Positions 56,001 through 62,000 of a stretch of DNA of 64,000 nucleotides are shown piece after piece. This stretch comes from Candidatus Omnitrophota bacterium. Its GTDB lineage: Bacteria > Omnitrophota > Omnitrophia > Omnitrophales > Aquincolibacteriaceae. The notes under the pieces were generated by a model. It did no database searches, had not been told where the DNA came from, and saw only the letters and a program-made list of their open reading frames with translations. Made by a program: the position numbers and the translations under genes. Position 1 is the stretch's first letter; the number at the start of each line of letters is the position of its first letter. The stretch covers positions 14,330 through 78,329 of the forward strand of contig JBAYVF010000002.1 in the NCBI GenBank assembly GCA_041674705.1. Direction: 5' to 3'.

Positions 56001-59000
56001 AGGTCCGAGATGCGGGAATTTACGAGGGGTGCGTTTGAAACGGTTTATCAAAAGCTTGCGCCTTATATCACGAGGACGCCTCTTGTGCCGTTGCCGTCGT
56101 TCGATCGCCGGACCGGAAAACGGATTTTTATTAAAGATGAATCGCAGCAAGAAGGCAGCTCATTCAAAACACGCGGCGTAACCTACGAAGTTTTCCAGAC
56201 CATCGAAGACGTCATCCGCCGGGATCTGGGACTTCTGAAGCAGGGCCTCAAGATCGTGACGCAGACGGATGGGAACCACGGCGGGGCGATGATCCGCGCG
56301 GTGACGTTTGCGATACAGGAATTCTCCGCAGAATATCCTTATCTTTCGGGCGACCTCCGGAAGATCGAGCCCGTCGTCTTTGCGTTCAGGAATGTGAGCC
56401 AGGTCAAAATGGATGCTATGGAAGAAGCGCTCCGGGAATACCGTGAGCTGGTCAAAGACACGCGCGGTTCTAAGGGAATGATCGATAACCGGTACCGTGA
56501 TTACAAGGAAGCTTTGGAAGCCCGGGAACGGTATCTGGCGGCCCAGGGAGTTTTGGCCCGTTATATGGAGCACGGCGGGATCGAGATCATGCAGGGACAC
56601 GCGACCGCTGCCATGGAGATCGCTCAGCAACTCCGGGAGGCGGGGATCCTGGGCAATCAAAAAGTGGTTCTTCTTATTCCTGTGGGCACGGGCGGGCCGC
56701 TCGGCATGGCGGCGGCCATCAAAGTATTCCGGCCGGGCACCCGGGTTTTGATGATCCAGACGCCGCGCTATGGCGCATTCGTCAGAAGTTATGACAGTCA
56801 GACAATCCAGATGAATGACAGTTCCTTGGATCCTTACACGGTCCGTATTCCGGTGAACGGCGTTCCAACGCCCTTTATTTATGAAGACGGCATCGCCGTC
56901 GATGGACCGGAATCGAAAGAAGCCCTTCAGATCGCGTTAAAGTATTTGGACGGCGGCCTTCTGGCTGATGCCGGCCGCGCTTTAAATGAAGCCGCGCCTC
57001 TTCTGACCCGGGATCTGGACGCTTATTACGCTGGCGTGGGTCTTCAGCTCGGCGTGGATCCTCAGCCTGGCGTGGTCGGAGGAACAACAGCGATCACTGC
57101 CGACGCTCTTTTGAATGTAGACCATCCGGCGATCCGGGAAGCGGAGGCTGTAGTCCTTTTCGGCACGGAAGGATCGGTCGATCCAGCTCTTCTTGCCTAC
57201 ACGCGCCGGTTGATGGGGGAAACGCAGCGTTCGGAAGTGCGGGGAGAAGAAGAGACGGTGAAGTTGGTGAAGCAGGGCGAGCAGTTGATCGCGCTGGCGC
57301 AAGGGATATTGCAATCCGATCCGGAATTTTTCTCCCGCATCGAAAAAGTGACGCCCGGGAATGTGACGGCGTTTTTAAGAAAACTGGCCGAAGACCGGCC
57401 GGAAGCCGAATACAGCGAGTTGCTCGATCTTCTTGTTGCGCGCTATGCGGGACAGGACCCCACCACGGCGCCTTATAACACGATGCCGCATCTCCAGCTT
57501 TTGATCGAGGCCGCACGTTCCGCGAAATTGCGGCATGGTTTTACCAGCCGGCGGCGGTTCCTCCAGATACTCAGCGCGGCCTTGGGATCCACGGCGATCG
57601 GCGGGCTCGGCGGCTGGGGAAGTTGGGTGGGGCAACAGGTCACGGATCTCGGCGTGTTCGAACCCTTTATGAAGAGATGGCTTTATAATTTTAGAAATTT
57701 TTCGCCTCTTGATCGTTTCCGCTTGATGACGGACCTTGGACCTAAGGAGCATCAGTTCGTCGGGTTATTTAACCAGCTTCTTGATCACGCGCCGGCGCTG
57801 GATGCGGCTATCAAAGACTGGGGGCGTATCAATTCGGCAGCGATTCTGAATGTCTGGAGGGCATATTCTAAAAAGCCTCTCAACATAACCCAAGCGGACT
57901 TCGACGAGGTCACGGGAGAGCTGGCTGAAGTTCCGGTGCTTTTTTCTCCTGAGAAGGAAGAGTCATGGAAGCTCGGAAGTTTCTATCCTGACTATATTCT
58001 TGACTGGAAAGACCGCGCCGCGAGGATGGGGCTTCCTTATTCCGAGGTGACGTCGATCGATCATTTGATTGCGATGGCGGAACGCCATACGGAAGCCATG
58101 CGACAGCTCGTATCCTCATTAGATCCTGATCTTGCTGAAGATATCTGGAAGATGAGACGCGGGGAAGTCGAAGGCCAGGACGATTCCTGGGAGGCGATCA
58201 AGGAGAATTTTGAAAAGAAACTTCGGGACGCCGAAGCGAAACTCACCCGTCTTGAAAAGATCAACCGCCAGCTCGATATTGCGACGGAGCGTCCGTATGT
58301 CTCGGATAAAGACCGCGCATTCTACGAGGAATGGGGTTCTCCGGAAAAAGAAGAACACCTTAAGAAATTACGCCGCGCATTGGCCCGAAGCCTCGGTTTC
58401 ATCGAAGCCGTTGAAGCCGAGAGCCAGGTGCTTCCTGTCCGGACGCTTCCTCCTTCTCACCCCTTTTCTTGGCGCGACCGCGGTAATCGTTCGGAAGTGA
58501 GGGAAGCAGCGACAGAGACGGGAGATCCGGCGGTCATTTCAGAGAGCATTTACTGTGATCATGAAGATCCGGCGGTCAAGGTTCTTGCGATGGATATTAT
58601 TGAGAATGAGAAAGATCCCGCGAGGAAGCCGATGCTGATCGCCGATTGGGTCGCCGGAAAAATTCTCAATCCTTCGCGGTTTGGCCCCTGGGACGGAGTC
58701 AACGGACAGTTTGAATATTTTGATGAACAAAAAGCCTCTGAAATTTTGCGGGCGCGAAAGGGCGGGGCCTATGATCTGGTCAATGTTTTCGTCGCGCTGG
58801 CCAGGGCGGCCGGTATGGAGGCGGAGTTCGGGGTGATCAACGTTCGTAAGGAATACTACAAAGAATTCTCCAAGGGAGTGGGGTCTTTTATTCCCGAGAA
58901 GGATTTTAACAAGCTTCCGCCGACCTTTCCCCATGTTTTTGCGCGCATCAAGCTGAATGGGGATTGGAAATATTTTGATTTCTCCCGGTCGCAATTTTCG

Positions 59001-62000
59001 TCCTGGGGTCTTCATCATTACCCGTTCCGGGACTACGACGAAAAAGAATCGCTTGTCTACCGCGCTCATATCGACACTCTTGTAAAAGAAGAAAGCGCGC
59101 GTTATCCGCAAGAACTCGTCCGGTCTTTCGAAAAGGCTTTTTTACGCGCCCTTGGCCTGCTTTGGGCCAACGATACGAAGAGGGAAGCGCAAGGGAGTTT
59201 GAGCTCGAAAAGGGAGAGCTATTCGGGAGGGCGCTACAACTGGTTTGCGAGAGAAACGATTCTTCGGAGGTATGGGATCTTGTTCCGGTACGACCGCGAG
59301 ATCGCGGCGGACTATTTTCAAAAGGCGATGGTGACTTTGCGCGATGCCATCTTGAAGAATAGCCCGGACCTGGACCGCAGATTTTTCGAAGGGCTCGGAG
59401 ATGATCCGGAAAAAATAGCGCTTCGGGTCAAAAATCTCACGACGGCAGGAAGGCACCTTGGCTTCATTCCGGAAATTGTGACGGATGTCGAATGGAATGA
59501 TGCGCTGCCCGTGATCGGTTTTCCGGAAGAATCGTGGAAAACGCGTTCGGTCTCCGAAGCGTTTCTCCGGTTGAGTGTGTCAGAGCCGCGTCGCGCCCAT
59601 GTCGTTGCGTACAATTATCTGGATATGGCCGAAGACGCTCCTCCGGGAGAGCTGGTGCTTAAGTCCGGGCTTATTGTGGGAGATGACGGAAAATACCGCT
59701 TCGCCATTTTTAAAAAGCCCGTGCGTGCGGGTCTTTCGATCTATCCGGACGTGAAACGCTATAAGGATTTTTTCAGGTCCGCGGCGATCCCGACGGCCAA
59801 GATCCCTGTTTCGGAAAGCACTCGCTGGCTTCTGATCGACAAACTTTCTCAATACCCCTTCCTGACCGAATATGGCTTGCCGATCCCTCCGACGATCTCG
59901 CTTTCTTCGGATCCTTCGAACGCGGATATTCGCCGGGCTGTGGAGACGCTCAGGAAAGAGGGCGCCGGGCAAATCGTGGAGAAAGCCACGAACGGAAGAA
60001 CCGGGCAGCAGGTAAAACTATTCGATCTTAATGCGCCGCAGGACAAGATCTTTTTCTTCGAGAATATCAGGTTTTTCGCAAGAAACGGAGGTGCCGTGCT
60101 TCAGGCCAGGATCGTGCCGCGGCAGATCAAGTCGCATGACTGGACGGTCCGGGCCATGATCTACCGGAACAGGAAGGGAGAGATTGAAACCAAACTCATG
60201 GTGCGCTTCGGAGGTTTCGTGAGACAGGGGGAGAACAGTTCTTCGCAATGGGGGATGGAAGGTGCCGGGATGATGTCGATTGAAGATTTTGAAGGCTTGG
60301 CGTTCCCGTTTGCCGAATATCGAAAAAAATCCGAGGCTCTGAGCCGACGGCTTTATCAGGCGGTCGAACATTACGCGGGGGAAGATCCGATCATCTTGAC
60401 GCCGGATTATATTTTTGATGAACAGGGGAATATTTATATTCTCGAATTAAACCCCGGCCTGCATTCCTTCTCGGATACGTATGTTGATAAGATCCCCGAA
60501 ACGAGGCAAGCCGCCCAAGAGGTCCTCGCGGTGCTCGCCGCCCGGGCGCGCGGGGAAATTCCCGAAGAGCCGGTTTTCCCTGAGGCCGATCTGTATGAAC
60601 CTGTCCCCGAAGATTTTTTTGGAATGCCACCCGAAGAACAGCGGGTCGGAGAAAACACCTTGGTCGCAGATCCCATGCGCTCTGAGCTTCGGGAAAACGC
60701 CTCTTCTTTCGGGACGGAGCTGGAGTTTGGGAGCGCGGAATATAATCTCAGCCATGATCCCCAAAAACCCTGGTGGATCTGGAGCGGGCCGAGTTTGAAG
60801 AGGTATGAGACCTGGCGGCTTGTGGTACAGAGTCTTCTGCATACCTATCAAACCGAATTCGATCATCTCATGACGCCTCGCGAAGGCGATCTATCCGCGC
60901 AGATCCTGGCTAATTTCGCCGGAGGACGCATGAAAGATATTTTCGGGATCGTCCGTTTGAGGAATCAGAGGATCCGGGCGAAGGTTGCACTGCTCGAGGA
61001 AAGCATCGCCAGGAATAATCACGAAACTTTCCGGAAGAATGTGATGGGGCTTCGTCAAATGAAATGGTTTCAAAAAGAAGACGAGCTCGTTGAGCTAGGC
61101 GTTTCAAACAACGTGGAAGCCCTGAACCGGATCTGGAACAAAGCCGCTATAAATCCCGGAACCCGGGAGCATCTTGAAAAAGAGATCGCCAGGATCAAAG
61201 AGAAAATGGACAGGGTGGACGCCTTGGCGGGTCTTATCGAGGCTTATCAGGCGGCTTACTACCGGATCCGTTCCGGGGATCCGGCGCTTTCTCATAAAGA
61301 AGCCCGGGAAAAAGCATTTTTGAAAGTGACCGGTGACCATCCCGGGGACATGAATCTTCGGATGCTTTTCTTCCAGTTTATTTTTGTTTCACGGACGACG
61401 GAGCAGGCGGCATTTGACTGGCTCGCGCATGTGATCGCAAGCCGGCCTCCGAAACGTGATCCCAATCAGCTCTCGCTTGGTTTGCAGGATGAACGGATCC
61501 CGTTATCCGTGAGGAAACTTGTGCCGCGCAGTTTCGGCGACGAATTGCGAAGCTATCTGGAAGGGGAAGAAAATCTCGGGACAACGGTATTGCCATCCGG
61601 CGAAGTCCGCAGCGAAATGCGGTCATCCTTCGCCCAGTCTCGTCAGGCTCGCTGGGCTTCGGAGAACCTTTCGGAAAGTGACGACAAGTTGCTTCGAAGC
61701 TCTGGGCATATGCCACAGAGCGAAGTAGAACGTAGCGAAATGCGGGATATCGAAAATGGGGTTCCAACCGCGTCTCCGGCGTTTTCGACAGACGATTTGC
61801 CAAGTTCCCAGGAGGCGATCCAGAAAGTTATGGCAGAGGTTCCTCCCGGAGTGGATCTGAAGGAATTGGAAACCATCACCGGAAGGATCGGCGAGAAGTA
61901 TCTCGCTCTGATCGAAAGATTCAAAAAAGAATCGAAGAAAAAAGAATCTCCGTTTGCATCGAGCCTCGTCTGGATGGATTACCATCATCCCGTGAGCGGA

